Shown here one piece after another: positions 52,422 to 63,094 of a DNA stretch of 64,000 bases. Every line of letters begins with the position of its first letter. Position 1 is the first letter of the stretch. The notes under the pieces are model-generated. The model was given only the letters and a program-made list of their open reading frames with translations, had not been told where the DNA came from and searched no databases. Origin of the DNA: Tortispora ganteri (lineage: Eukaryota); contig PPNB01000024.1 of NCBI GenBank assembly GCA_003707115.1, positions 1 to 64,000 on the forward strand, read 5' to 3'. The position numbers and the translations under genes were made by a program.

Positions 52422-53519
52422 CTAATATCTAAGAAGTTTCACTCCAAGCCGCTTGTAGATCTCTTCAGCGGCCTTGAGCGCCTCATCCCAAACACCTTCG
52501 GCGTCTTTAGGTCCATCCTTCTGCTCATTGTCCGACGGCTTCGGTTCAACGCGAACTTCAATGACTACAGTACCTTCTTGTTGCTGAGGCTTCTCATCCA
52601 GTCCGAGTGGTAAGTCGTGATCGACTAAAGTCTCAAACACATCGGCCTCAGCAAGTGGCCAGTCGCCAAAGGACAACTGCCCAAAATTATCCCGCTGTGA
52701 CATGTCGTTAACGCATTCTGATGAACTAGACACAGCACCATCAGACTGCTGCAGTAAAAAGTTGTCGGAATACGGTGACGCATACGTTCTAGCAAGAATA
52801 ACTGGGGCCAAACTGCTCGGTACCAAATTCTCGATCCTGAAATCCATGTTCGCAAGTGACGCGCCATCAGACTCGGGTGAACTCGAACCTGATAAACCGT
52901 TATCTAACTCAGGAGCGAGCAGCTCCGGACTGTAGTCATAAAGTGCATCGTTGCCAGTGCTGAATAGTGCAACAGAAGCAGAGTTGTTGTTGCTGTTGTT
53001 GTTGGAGAATTCTTGCTCCCACGGATCGGGGATCTCCGAAGACACAATTCTAACCTGCTCTTCTTGACCGCCTAAGCTGTTGGCCTCCGAAGATGAAAAT
53101 GCACTAAGGGTATGCGATGATAAAGGTGCTAAATTGCTAACAATTTGTGGTGAGTGTGTCGCGTTTGTTTGCGATCCTGTTTCTGATGGTGATGCAAAAG
53201 GCACAGCGAGCTCGGCCGCAGCAACTGAAGAAGAGTTCCTTAACTGAGAATTCTCAATACGCAATCGCGCAATTTCTTGCTTTAATTCGATGATTTCCTG
53301 ATCGCGGTCAGCAATCTTCTCTTCAAGCGTCTGGGTGTAGATTCTGCGTCGCATGCGGAAATGTCGCGCAGACACTTTGTTTCTTAGACGACGTCGCTCT
53401 GAGGGGCTAAGTTTCTTGCCAGCTTCAGATGCCAGAAGCTTCTCGTCCTCATCAAGTTGACCTTTGTAAAACGTATTATGGAGATTCAGGCCTGAATCGG
53501 GACTCTCATTCACAGACAT
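52422..53519 (-). CDS. bZIP transcription factor
   Basis: GKKLSPSERRRLRNKVSARHFRMRR followed by a leucine zipper. Confidence 0.9.
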   Translation of the reverse strand: MSVNESPDSGLNLHNTFYKGQLDEDEKLLASEAGKKLSPSERRRLRNKVSARHFRMRRRIYTQTLEEKIADRDQEIIELKQEIARLRIENSQLRNSSSVAAAELAVPFASPSETGSQTNATHSPQIVSNLAPLSSHTLSAFSSSEANSLGGQEEQVRIVSSEIPDPWEQEFSNNNSNNNSASVALFSTGNDALYDYSPELLAPELDNGLSGSSSPESDGASLANMDFRIENLVPSSLAPVILARTYASPYSDNFLLQQSDGAVSSSSECVNDMSQRDNFGQLSFGDWPLAEADVFETLVDHDLPLGLDEKPQQQEGTVVIEVRVEPKPSDNEQKDGPKDAEGVWDEALKAAEEIYKRLGVKLLRY

Positions 53520-54144
53520 TTAGCTAGTTGTGGACAGTGATTGGTTTGGTGGAGTAGTGCTGAAAACGTAAGTCTCTCAAAAAACTCCCACTTCTTTATA
53601 TGGGATTAAGCAAAAGCAAACAGTCCGATAAAACCAGAATTTAAGGTTTTTCATTAGCCATTCAGCTTTACTGGGACGCGTGTACGCACCAAGTAATTGT
53701 GCGGCCCTAACCTTGCCCACTCTGTTAATTAAGCTTCAATCTCCGAACATTCTCCTAGGCGGGTTAGATTCGTCGGTCGCCGAATCGGTCTGGATCTTAT
53801 TCAATAGACGTTCAGTTTACAGTATGCAACCATGAGGTATAGTCAATGAGCGATATGAGAACCGCAATTCTCTAAGGAATGCATGGAAACAATTGTCGTG
53901 GTATGATGGGGCAAGGTTGAGTTAGAGCTTCGCAATCGCTGTAGCACTCTTCATCATGCTCCTTATAGTGCCCTCATAAATTTATTGTATAATCTGGTAC
54001 TTTAGAGGACCATTTAGTATGCGACCCTAGTTTCCGCGTGACATAGCAAAAGACAAATAGGTAAGTGTTTGAGCTGCTTGGGACAAGTTAGGTGCCATGT
54101 TGTCATATGATCCACGTAAGTGGTAATAGAAGCGGTAGTGTGAT

Positions 54145-55101
54145 CTATGACGCGGCCGGTATCCTTGATTTGCGCTTAGCAGCGTAGAGTTTCTCTATGC
54201 CTTCAGCAACAAGATCGGTGTTGTATTCGACTAAAGCAAGCTTTTGAGCGCTTTCACGACGCATTAAGTACACAAGAGAGAGTCCGCGGATCATTTGTCG
54301 AAGGTAGAGGACGACACCGTTGTTCAGAATAGAAGTGCAGAGCATAGGCCGGCCTGCATCTGGGCCAGAAGAGTCGTAAAGGTTGTCGAGATCGACGGCA
54401 ACATCTATGAAATCTGAGCAAACTTCATAGGTTTGTATATCGACAGGACTAGAATCTGTAGCAATATACATTTTAGATTTGACGTCGAACAAGAAGGCCT
54501 TATCTATGCCTGAGTGTTGGCAGAGAAGATTGAGCATGTTTTCTAATTGTGGGAGTTCAGGTGTGAGTTTTTGGATGACAAGGCTCAGCGCTTCGTAGAT
54601 AGAATGGTCAAAGATGCTTGTGAGATGGAAGGAGAGCGATACCTGATTTTCGATATCGGCGTCGATAAGCTCATCATTTACTCTCTGTTCGATGTCCCTG
54701 CGGGTGTCGAGACGGAAGTCGTCGGATAGCCCGTCGACCTTGTGAATGAATACTTCTACCTGGAGACCTGGACGATGCTCTGCGACGTATTCGAGGATGC
54801 CCTGGAGATTAGCAAGTGCATGCAGATACTCATCCTGGGCATCAATCACGTAAATAAGGGCGTCAACTTCTTGGAAAAGCCTGTCTGTTTCGGGTGTGGG
54901 CTCGAACATGTTCAATTGGCCAGGCAATTCCTGGAATGTTATGTCGGTGAACGATTCGAGCTGGACGGATGTGGTGGTAGAGGTCGCTTCGATGTAGAGA
55001 GTGTCAAGCGGCTGCATGTCATAAAATACTACTTTTCTAATAGACGATTTTCCGGACCTTCTGAGGCCCATTATAAATACTGTGGGGTTGGCGGGCGACA
55101 T
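54145..55101 (-). CDS. GTR2: Rag GTPase RagC/D
   Basis: MGLRRSGKSSI, ELPGQ, YVIDAQD, FIHKVDGL, LTSIFDHSIYEA, YIATDSSPVD. Confidence 0.95.
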   Translation of the reverse strand: MSPANPTVFIMGLRRSGKSSIRKVVFYDMQPLDTLYIEATSTTTSVQLESFTDITFQELPGQLNMFEPTPETDRLFQEVDALIYVIDAQDEYLHALANLQGILEYVAEHRPGLQVEVFIHKVDGLSDDFRLDTRRDIEQRVNDELIDADIENQVSLSFHLTSIFDHSIYEALSLVIQKLTPELPQLENMLNLLCQHSGIDKAFLFDVKSKMYIATDSSPVDIQTYEVCSDFIDVAVDLDNLYDSSGPDAGRPMLCTSILNNGVVLYLRQMIRGLSLVYLMRRESAQKLALVEYNTDLVAEGIEKLYAAKRKSRIPAAS

Positions 55102-55256
55102 TGTGGTAGATGGTAACGTAGGGCTAATCAAAGTGCAGAAGAAGGATTGGTCGAATGGACCAGTGGTTGTCAGGGGTGGGGTGTACGGGCAGCTAAGCGA
55201 GGTACCGCATTATAAACCTGCACGGGGTCCCCAGCGGGAGGGCACCATTCAGATGG

Positions 55257-55760
55257 TCATACGGCCTGATTCAGCTGGTCCAGCGTCGCCTGGAGGCCGA
55301 ATTTTGTAAACTTTTCCATATTTGCATGTCGATCTTTGCTACCTGTCTTCTCGACAAGCGCTATCTCGCAGTTCGGGCCGACAATGCCTATAAACACCGT
55401 ACCGGGTTCAACATCTGAGTAGTGGTCCTTTGTTGGCCCTGCTGCGCCTACTTCGGCTATAGCCCATGAAGACCCGAGTTCTATTTGAAGATTACGTGCG
55501 AGCCGCAGGACGACCTCCTTGGATGGTCCGTTGTAGCTCTTGATATCTTTTTCGGACCAACCCGAGAGTTTGAGTCGGCTTTCTAGTGAGTATACAAGTG
55601 TGCCACCACAGTAGTATTCTGATGCACCCGCTACCGACAGCAGCGCTGCGGAGATAAGACCGCCGCACGCACCTTCACATGCCGCAATAGTTTCCTTTCT
55701 ATCACGTAAGATATGCGCAATGGCCGCCGCCAGCTCCTGGATGTCTGCGGGGGGAAACAT
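55257..55760 (-). CDS. CinA C-terminal/PncC-like protein
   Basis: ETIAACEGACGGLISA, VAGASEYY.GG, VGAAGP, PGTVFIG. Confidence 0.85.
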   Translation of the reverse strand: MFPPADIQELAAAIAHILRDRKETIAACEGACGGLISAALLSVAGASEYYCGGTLVYSLESRLKLSGWSEKDIKSYNGPSKEVVLRLARNLQIELGSSWAIAEVGAAGPTKDHYSDVEPGTVFIGIVGPNCEIALVEKTGSKDRHANMEKFTKFGLQATLDQLNQAV

Positions 55761-55825
55761 CACTAGTGAGGAGTATAAGTCACTTTCTAAACCTTACCCA
55801 CCGCTCTAAACCAGCTTTGACATTC

Positions 55826-56776
55826 ATGACCGCCACTGCCAGCAAGTATAAGCTCGTTAAAAAGCTCGGTGAAGGCACTTACGCCGTCGTCTATAAAGCG
55901 ACGGATATGCAAAATAACACTTACGCCGTCAAGCGGATCAAACTGGGCGAGTTCAAAGACGGTATTGACATCTCCGCTATCCGCGAACTCAAGTTCCTCC
56001 AGGAAATCCGCCACGTCAACGTTATCGCACTCTATGATGTTTACTCTGACAAAGAAACGCTCAATCTTGTTTTGGAATTCCTTGTTTCTGATCTCGAACA
56101 TATAATTAAAGACAAGTCCCTAATCTTTCAGACCGCAGACATCAAGGCCTGGATGCTAATGAGCCTCCGTGGTCTCCATCACTGCCACAGATCATACATA
56201 ATGCACAGAGACCTAAAGCCCAGTAACTTGCTCATCGCAGCAGACGGTAACATTAAAATTGCAGATTTTGGCCTCGCAAGAGTAGCTGCATACCCACAAG
56301 AGTACCTCACACCAACTGTCGTTACTCGCTGGTACAGGGCCCCAGAGCTCCTTCTCGGGTCCCGCCATTACACTGAGTCCGTCGATATTTGGGCTATGGG
56401 CGCTATATTTGCTGAACTCATGCTCAGAACTCCCTATATTCCGGGCGCTTCTGATTTTGATCAGGTCGAGCTCACTTTCAGAGTCCTCGGAACACCCACA
56501 GAAGAAATATGGCCCGGCGTCTCCTCCCTGCCCCAGTACCACGAACTAATGACAAAAATCACACAAAGATATCCTGTACCACCACCGAGTGAAATTTCCT
56601 TGCGTTTCATGGCAGCATCTAATGCCGCCTTGAATTTGCTCAATTCAATGCTCGAGTACGACCCTGCAAAACGTCCAACAACTGAATCAGCGCTCCTGAG
56701 CCCTTATTTCCTCGAAGAACTACCCAGACCTACAAAACCACAGAATCTCCCCAAACCGCCTTCTTTCTCTTCATGA
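55826..56776 (+). CDS. KIN28: TFIIH CTD kinase CDK7
   Basis: GEGTYAVVY, DGIDISAIRELK, HRDLKPSN, DFGLAR, VVTRWYRAPEL; first ATG at 55826. Confidence 0.93.
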   Translation: MTATASKYKLVKKLGEGTYAVVYKATDMQNNTYAVKRIKLGEFKDGIDISAIRELKFLQEIRHVNVIALYDVYSDKETLNLVLEFLVSDLEHIIKDKSLIFQTADIKAWMLMSLRGLHHCHRSYIMHRDLKPSNLLIAADGNIKIADFGLARVAAYPQEYLTPTVVTRWYRAPELLLGSRHYTESVDIWAMGAIFAELMLRTPYIPGASDFDQVELTFRVLGTPTEEIWPGVSSLPQYHELMTKITQRYPVPPPSEISLRFMAASNAALNLLNSMLEYDPAKRPTTESALLSPYFLEELPRPTKPQNLPKPPSFSS

Positions 56777-56808
56777 TCGCATTAATTATTTCTCTTTTAT
56801 GATTAATC

Positions 56809-58605
56809 TTAGTAGGTATCGCTCTCACGCTCCCCTTCTTTGATCGGCTTATACTCTGAATTTATACTGCTCGCAGTGATCTCGTTCAGCACTCTTCCAC
56901 CAGACCGGTTGGACTTATTAAGGTGTAATGAACTCATAGACATGTATTTTCGCAGTTTCTGCTTGTTTTCGGATACGCCACTCGCATCGATCTCATCGCT
57001 CGGTCTCTTGCTCGGTGATGGCGGCGATATCAGACCTTCTAGCAGCGTTTCTCTTCTGCGCCCAGCTTGCTTGAGCGCAGAAAGCATAACATCTTTATCC
57101 TCTACTGTCCGTTTTAGCTTGTCGATCTCTTCCTTTTGCAGACGCACGATCTCGAAAAGATTCTCGCGTTCTTCGGAGTACCCGCTACTAACAACTCCCA
57201 TCTTATTCATTCGTTCCAACTCTTCACGCAAGCTCACAATAACATCGTTTTGCCGCTTAACCAAATCATCTAGCTCAGGATCAGGTCTCACATGACTAGC
57301 TGCAACAGCTGCTACCTTAGTCTCTTGTAGTTCCTGTCGCAGCTTGTGAATCTCTGCTTTTAGGCTCTCTATAATCTTCGCCGCTGCTGGACTGATATCG
57401 TCACTCTCTTTTTCCTGCTTAATGGCATTAACCTTGATCTTCTTAGCTCTCGACGCAAACCTTAGGGTGTTTACTGTCTCTGTATAGAACGCATCTCCAA
57501 ACGCGACTGTGCATAAAATTGCGACCTTAGAGTTACCCGAAAGTGCAGGCTGGAGTAGTCTAGTCAATTTTGAGTCTCTGTAAGGAATATGCACGGGCGA
57601 CCCGCCGTATACATTTGAAGCGTTCGCAAGCTTCGACACTACTGTTCCCAGCGCCAATAGGGACCTATTGATATAAGCGCCCTCCTTGCGCCGTTCAACA
57701 GACGATGTAGCGCGCTCGCTACCTGCCAGGTCACATAAGTTCAGTGTTGCAGAGGTATTGACTGACTCAACAGTAAGCTGCAGCACCGCGTGTGATCTGG
57801 ATGAATGCGTATTGAAATCTGTGCCTTCAGTTCGCCTACAAGAATTTCCTCTGGATATTAGCGCCAACATTTGTTCTTCTGTTCCCACTTCGATCTCTTC
57901 TACATTTAGCAACTTGACACCGTTTCCTAGATCTTGCAGCCGTATTTCTTCAGGCGGCGTCTCTGCGTTTAGAAGATCACGGAACATTTCATTATATATT
58001 TCGACATATGAAGCCTTTAAGGTCATGAGCTTTTCAGGGTATTTGATTTTCTCGTCGAACAGAGTTTTAACAGCCTGTGATATGATCCCTGGTTCTTTGT
58101 CGGTGCCTTGTATCGAATAGGTCTTTCCTGACCCTGTCATGCCATAGGCCAAGATCGTGCCATTGTACCCTTCGATGGCGGCAGCAACAATATCATGGAT
58201 TATCAACGAGTAGATTTGTTTTGTGGGCGTCGATCCACCGAACACGTGGTCGAACGCTACGGGCCCGAACTCCTTCCCACGGATCGCATTACCGATTATC
58301 TCCCAGTTCGCTGGCTCATAAACGCTAGCAGTTGACGCCGAGGAAATAGTTGACGATCTTGAGCCCTGCCGATTATGTACATTGGAAACAGCTTTGCTGT
58401 ACCTACTTTCCTCGGTGGCGGGTCGTGCGCGTATTGCTACAGTCACTGTTGTTTGTGTATCGGCTGGTCTGCGTACCGGATTAATGCACTGATTGCTAGG
58501 CCGGAACGGTGGCACGTCGGGGTCTGCCATATGCGGTCTGCAAAACAGAGGCATAGATGGAGGACGTTTAAGTGTTCTTCTAACGGGAGATTGGTTTCTG
58601 TTCAT
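56809..58605 (-). CDS. KIP2: Kinesin, Kip2/Tea2 type
   Basis: AYGMTGSGKT, SSRSHAV, LCDLAGSERA..ERRKEGAYIN, HIPYRDSKLTRLLQ, coiled-coil tail; start 58605 or 58734. Confidence 0.85.
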   Translation of the reverse strand: MNRNQSPVRRTLKRPPSMPLFCRPHMADPDVPPFRPSNQCINPVRRPADTQTTVTVAIRARPATEESRYSKAVSNVHNRQGSRSSTISSASTASVYEPANWEIIGNAIRGKEFGPVAFDHVFGGSTPTKQIYSLIIHDIVAAAIEGYNGTILAYGMTGSGKTYSIQGTDKEPGIISQAVKTLFDEKIKYPEKLMTLKASYVEIYNEMFRDLLNAETPPEEIRLQDLGNGVKLLNVEEIEVGTEEQMLALISRGNSCRRTEGTDFNTHSSRSHAVLQLTVESVNTSATLNLCDLAGSERATSSVERRKEGAYINRSLLALGTVVSKLANASNVYGGSPVHIPYRDSKLTRLLQPALSGNSKVAILCTVAFGDAFYTETVNTLRFASRAKKIKVNAIKQEKESDDISPAAAKIIESLKAEIHKLRQELQETKVAAVAASHVRPDPELDDLVKRQNDVIVSLREELERMNKMGVVSSGYSEERENLFEIVRLQKEEIDKLKRTVEDKDVMLSALKQAGRRRETLLEGLISPPSPSKRPSDEIDASGVSENKQKLRKYMSMSSLHLNKSNRSGGRVLNEITASSINSEYKPIKEGERESDTY

Positions 58606-59655
58606 GATAATTAATACAGAATGATGTTGTTTGCAAGGGTTAAGTGTTTGGAGTGGTGTTGATTTTTGTCCCAATTGGGGAAAAATCACCCCAGCAACCG
58701 ATAACCACTTTCGATCTTCATCAGCGGTAATCATAGCAGGAGTAGAAGCGGATGGCAGGAGGGTTTTGACATTTTGTTTAGCATTATTAAATCAGATCGA
58801 CGAGTGAATTTAATATAAATAGCGATCTGCTTGGATATGTGCTGGCACGGGGTGGTTGCGTTTGGGTTAGAATAAGGTTCAATTGACTTGTCCTGAGAGT
58901 TCTGGCAGCGATGGCCGAGTACGGTCATGCATAGTTTCTATTAGATGCCTTGTACTGATGAGATAATCGATAATGCGAACCAGGACGTGTTTTTTGGCAT
59001 TGCGAAATAAATAGGCAATCGATTGAGTAGTTTTTAGGCCTTATGCCGTTAATATCGATGTACGCGCAACTAGATGGCTAGGAGTGCCTTGCAGCTGCCG
59101 TCAGAAGAGGAATTGATATAGACTGAAAATATAGGTTTTCTCTAGGGGATGAAAATCTTCTCACAGGTTTTTCAATGCATAGAGAGCTTTTTCTGGACAC
59201 TAATGAGGATTTCTTTTATGCAGGGATGACGACAAAGAGAGCTGTGTAAAGCGATAGAGTTTCAAACCTTAATTGTGTCACGAAACTGGGGGATGATGGC
59301 AGGTACAGGGATGGAAGATACAGGGATGAACAAGTACTGCATTTGGTTAGTGCTCTACATACTATATGTGTTGATTCGAGTGTAGAAAGATGCGCAAATA
59401 GTTGCGAGTAGTTTCAGCGCTGAAGTCAACGTATAGCTGACCATGGAGGACTGTTGGACGAATTGCCTTGGACTGTACAGGCACGATTGATTGAGACGCA
59501 TCCATAGGAGAGTAAGTAATACCAAAAGCCCCTATTCAAATAGACTAGTGTCTAAATGCTATAATTGGCTATATTTACCTATGAAAGGAAACACTAGAAA
59601 CAAGAGTGCCGCTTATGTATAGACTAATAAGTAAGCTTAGACAGAATGTATAAAG

Positions 59656-59666
59656 ACGCGCGCGAA
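59656..59666. promoter_or_regulatory. MCB/SCB-like element in the KIP2-AXL2 divergent promoter
   Basis: ACGCGCGCGAA; AXL2 is a G1/S-expressed gene in model yeasts. Confidence 0.45.
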
Positions 59667-60033
59667 TATAAATAGAGCTTATTTTCAATTTAAGGCCGTA
59701 ATAGGCAAAATAGTAACTTTAATTCATCCCTTCGTTGCAATAATTACCTAATCGAGTCTATAAAGTACGGCTGTTTAGGTTACATATAGTGTTCCTTGCA
59801 CGTCTGTACCAACTGCCCTATTTCTTGTCTTTCCAAGGGGTCAGATTTTTCTTCTACAGCTTTTCTTTCTTATCTCTTTGCACTTTGTTGGTCCTGCAGC
59901 ACCTACTTTCTTACTCTACATCTCTCTGAAACGAAGTTTTTTCACTGTACCACTTCTCTAACTGTACACTGCACACACCACTCTGTCCCCCTGTGAGTAC
60001 ATCTGGCCGCATCGTCTTGCCCCCTTGTTTATC

Positions 60034-62829
60034 ATGGCCATATCGTACATACATATCTATATACTGCTGGCACTTGCTGTACAGACGCTAGCTACAGTGT
60101 CTCTATCATACGCCTTCAATTCGCAGCTGCCGCTTATTGCACGGCCCGGCGAGCCCTACGAGTTCGTTATTGCTAGTTCTACCTACCAGACAGACGCGAC
60201 CGACCTTGTTTACGGTCTCTCTGGCGGACCTGACTGGCTGAACTTCAACAATTCAACACTCACACTCAGTGGGACACCGCCAGCTATTGATGTCGCAAAC
60301 GAGACCGTCCTTTTCGGCCTCACGGGATCAGACTCTGCTGGCGGGTTCCTCAACTCCACTTCTTACATAATTCTGTCAGCCAGTGAAGCTCCCGCAGTCA
60401 GAGACTCTGTCTCGAACCAACTTCACACTTTTGGCAACACTGACGGCTCTAACGGGCTCGTATATAACCCCGGAGAAGACTTCAGTATCTACTTCTCCAC
60501 AGACACCTTCGGTCAGCCCTCTTCTGCGCAGGATTCATCACTGCCTATAGTCGACTACTACGGCATCAGTTCTGACAATACGCCGCTACCGCCCTGGATC
60601 AAGTTTGACAGTAGCAACCTCACCTTTACAGGCACAACACCGCAGGTCAACTCAGAAATTGCTCCAGCTGAACGGTACGGTTTCAAGCTCATTGCCACAG
60701 ATATCCGCGGCTTTAGCGCAGTCTACCAGACCTTTTACCTGGCTATCGGCGCACACAGCTTGTACGTAAACCTTTCTGATGCTCAGATCACTGTTAATGC
60801 TACAGCTAAGGACCAGTTCTCGTACGAAATCCCACTCACGGCGTTTGTCCTTGACGGTAAGCAGATCGAGGCCGCTAACATTTCCAAAATGACATGTAAT
60901 GCTACCGGATGGCTCTCGTTCGACGAATCTACCTTCACACTGTCGGGAACCCCCGAGACCGCCAGTGACTCGCAGACAAATATCCAGGTCACGCTTTACG
61001 ACACATTTGGCGACACCGCCTCGCTCAGCCTTAATGTGCAGGTCATCGGTAGCATCTTCTTGTCGCCGATCCCAACCTGGAACGTCACTGCAGGCACTGC
61101 TGTCAACTATACGCTGCCAGACAGCCTTCTATCGCAGTCCAACAGTGCAGTAGATATCACAGCCACATACAATCCAAGCAGTGTCGGCGACTGGCTCACC
61201 TACGATCAAAATACTCGCACTTTTAGTGGTACAGTGCCTTCTGATTTTACGAGTGCCACAATCACGTTGACTGCGAAAATTGGCGACGATTCAGATACAA
61301 CAGAGTTTATTATTCAGTCGGCGACGACATTTGCGACAACTACATCGTCTTCGGCGTCGCCTACTGCGTCGTCTACCGCTACTGGCAGAACCAGTAGCAC
61401 GGCGTCCACGTTGCCCACAGCCTCTGACGACAAGAAAGACGGCGATAGTTCGTCAAAGACTATCGCCATTGCGTGCGGTGTGGCTATTCCGCTTGCTGCG
61501 ATTGCGATCGCTGCACTGCTGTTCTTTTTCTGCTGTCGACGTCGCCGCCAGAAAACAGACGAGGAGAACAATGGCGACGGCTACGAGAAAAAGCCTACGT
61601 CGCCATATGGTCCGCCGACATTCCCGGACCCAGAAGACGAGGGCGATCTCATGTACGAAAAGAAGTTTGGTGACAACGACAACAATCGGTTCTCGTCAAT
61701 AGACATGTTCCAGGTCGGCGACGACGGCAAGGTGTACTCGATGATGGACACGAGCATTCCGAGCCACCGTTTGTCCATTAACGGGCTTGTGAACTCAGAC
61801 TCGCAGAATGGTATTTCTGGATCAGCAGCTGCAGCAGCTGCAGCTGCAGGAATAGTGGCTTCTGCCCCTGTACCTGACCCGCGTGGACCGCCGGGCCACA
61901 GCCAGCCGCGACGGTCGTGGCGCGACACCACGACATCCAGCAATTACGACGGCAACAATAACAGAGACAGCATGAACTCACTAGCTACAGTAGCAACGAA
62001 TGAGCTGTTCTCTGTACGGCTTGTCGACGAAGGTGAAGAAGGCGCCGACTCCAGACGCAGTTCAGGCAATTTCGTGCCGGCAGGCGGACCTGGACGGTCG
62101 CGGTCATCGATCATGAAGCTGGGCAAACCTTTTGACGGTATCCAGGAGGAGGACGAGGAGGAACAGGATATAACTATGGGTAGCAGTTCTTATGGAAGGC
62201 CGACGGGTTCATCATTCGGCAGTCAAGCGTTCACTGCGCAATCCCAGTTTTCATCAGAAGGCGCATCTAGCGTCCAGGATCAGAACGAGGAATGGGCCAC
62301 TGAAACGAGTTCCGCGTTTGACGACTACCAAAGCATTGGCACATATACGACGTCTGCATCAGACGAAGGCACGCGACACGGTCAAGCGATTCCGACGTTT
62401 GATACGGTGTCGGATTCGCTGCACCATTCTAACTCGCGCGGCACAAACAGCACGGCGCGTACATCTGGGGTGTTTGAGGTGACGACCGATGAGGACGGCG
62501 AGGCCGTCTGGCGACGACGTGAGTCGAACTTCGAGACTCCGCGCGCGCCACATGCTGACTGGAACGCCGCGTCGGCTCACAGCCAAACGGTTGCAAGTCC
62601 CGGCGCGTCTACGCTCGTAGGAGCAGGTGTAGAAGTTTCACCGCTACCGCGCAGCATTAACTCGTTCACGCGCCGCACCAGCGAGACCGCAGACAATGTT
62701 CATGCTGATGACAGAAGTATAGACAGAGCTCAGTTATTCGATCCAGAGGTTCGAGGCCGGACTTCACATGACAGCCCTTCTCATGGTAAATTCCGAAGGT
62801 CAGTATCTGCAGAAATGGCGTTTATTTGA
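60034..62829 (+). CDS. AXL2: Axial budding landmark, type I membrane glycoprotein
   Basis: Signal peptide, FNSQLPLIAR, four cadherin-like repeats (WL.F....LSGTP), S/T stalk, TM AIACGVAIPL, RRRR. Confidence 0.92.
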   Translation: MAISYIHIYILLALAVQTLATVSLSYAFNSQLPLIARPGEPYEFVIASSTYQTDATDLVYGLSGGPDWLNFNNSTLTLSGTPPAIDVANETVLFGLTGSDSAGGFLNSTSYIILSASEAPAVRDSVSNQLHTFGNTDGSNGLVYNPGEDFSIYFSTDTFGQPSSAQDSSLPIVDYYGISSDNTPLPPWIKFDSSNLTFTGTTPQVNSEIAPAERYGFKLIATDIRGFSAVYQTFYLAIGAHSLYVNLSDAQITVNATAKDQFSYEIPLTAFVLDGKQIEAANISKMTCNATGWLSFDESTFTLSGTPETASDSQTNIQVTLYDTFGDTASLSLNVQVIGSIFLSPIPTWNVTAGTAVNYTLPDSLLSQSNSAVDITATYNPSSVGDWLTYDQNTRTFSGTVPSDFTSATITLTAKIGDDSDTTEFIIQSATTFATTTSSSASPTASSTATGRTSSTASTLPTASDDKKDGDSSSKTIAIACGVAIPLAAIAIAALLFFFCCRRRRQKTDEENNGDGYEKKPTSPYGPPTFPDPEDEGDLMYEKKFGDNDNNRFSSIDMFQVGDDGKVYSMMDTSIPSHRLSINGLVNSDSQNGISGSAAAAAAAAGIVASAPVPDPRGPPGHSQPRRSWRDTTTSSNYDGNNNRDSMNSLATVATNELFSVRLVDEGEEGADSRRSSGNFVPAGGPGRSRSSIMKLGKPFDGIQEEDEEEQDITMGSSSYGRPTGSSFGSQAFTAQSQFSSEGASSVQDQNEEWATETSSAFDDYQSIGTYTTSASDEGTRHGQAIPTFDTVSDSLHHSNSRGTNSTARTSGVFEVTTDEDGEAVWRRRESNFETPRAPHADWNAASAHSQTVASPGASTLVGAGVEVSPLPRSINSFTRRTSETADNVHADDRSIDRAQLFDPEVRGRTSHDSPSHGKFRRSVSAEMAFI

Positions 62830-63035
62830 GTTTTTAAAGAACGCTGTTTACTATGTCGTATATGATCCAAGTTCCTCTTATTACCTCGATTCACCTTTCC
62901 CTACACGTTCTTCTTTGCTTATGACCCCACAATTCGTTTTATTTCTTTCAGCTATTTTATTTTAATAACAACCTCATTTGTTTCTGTTCACTGTAATTTT
63001 GGATACTAGTGGAAAACTACTAGGCCCTCTTGCTC

Positions 63036-63086
63036 CACTTTGCCCACCTTGCCCACTTTCACTTTCACTTTCACCTTCACCTTCAC
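63036..63086. repeat. CACTTT/CACCTT microsatellite just before the KEX1 ATG
   Basis: About five tandem hexamers preceded by two 9-mer variants. Confidence 0.8.
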
Positions 63087-63094
63087 GTAGCGCT

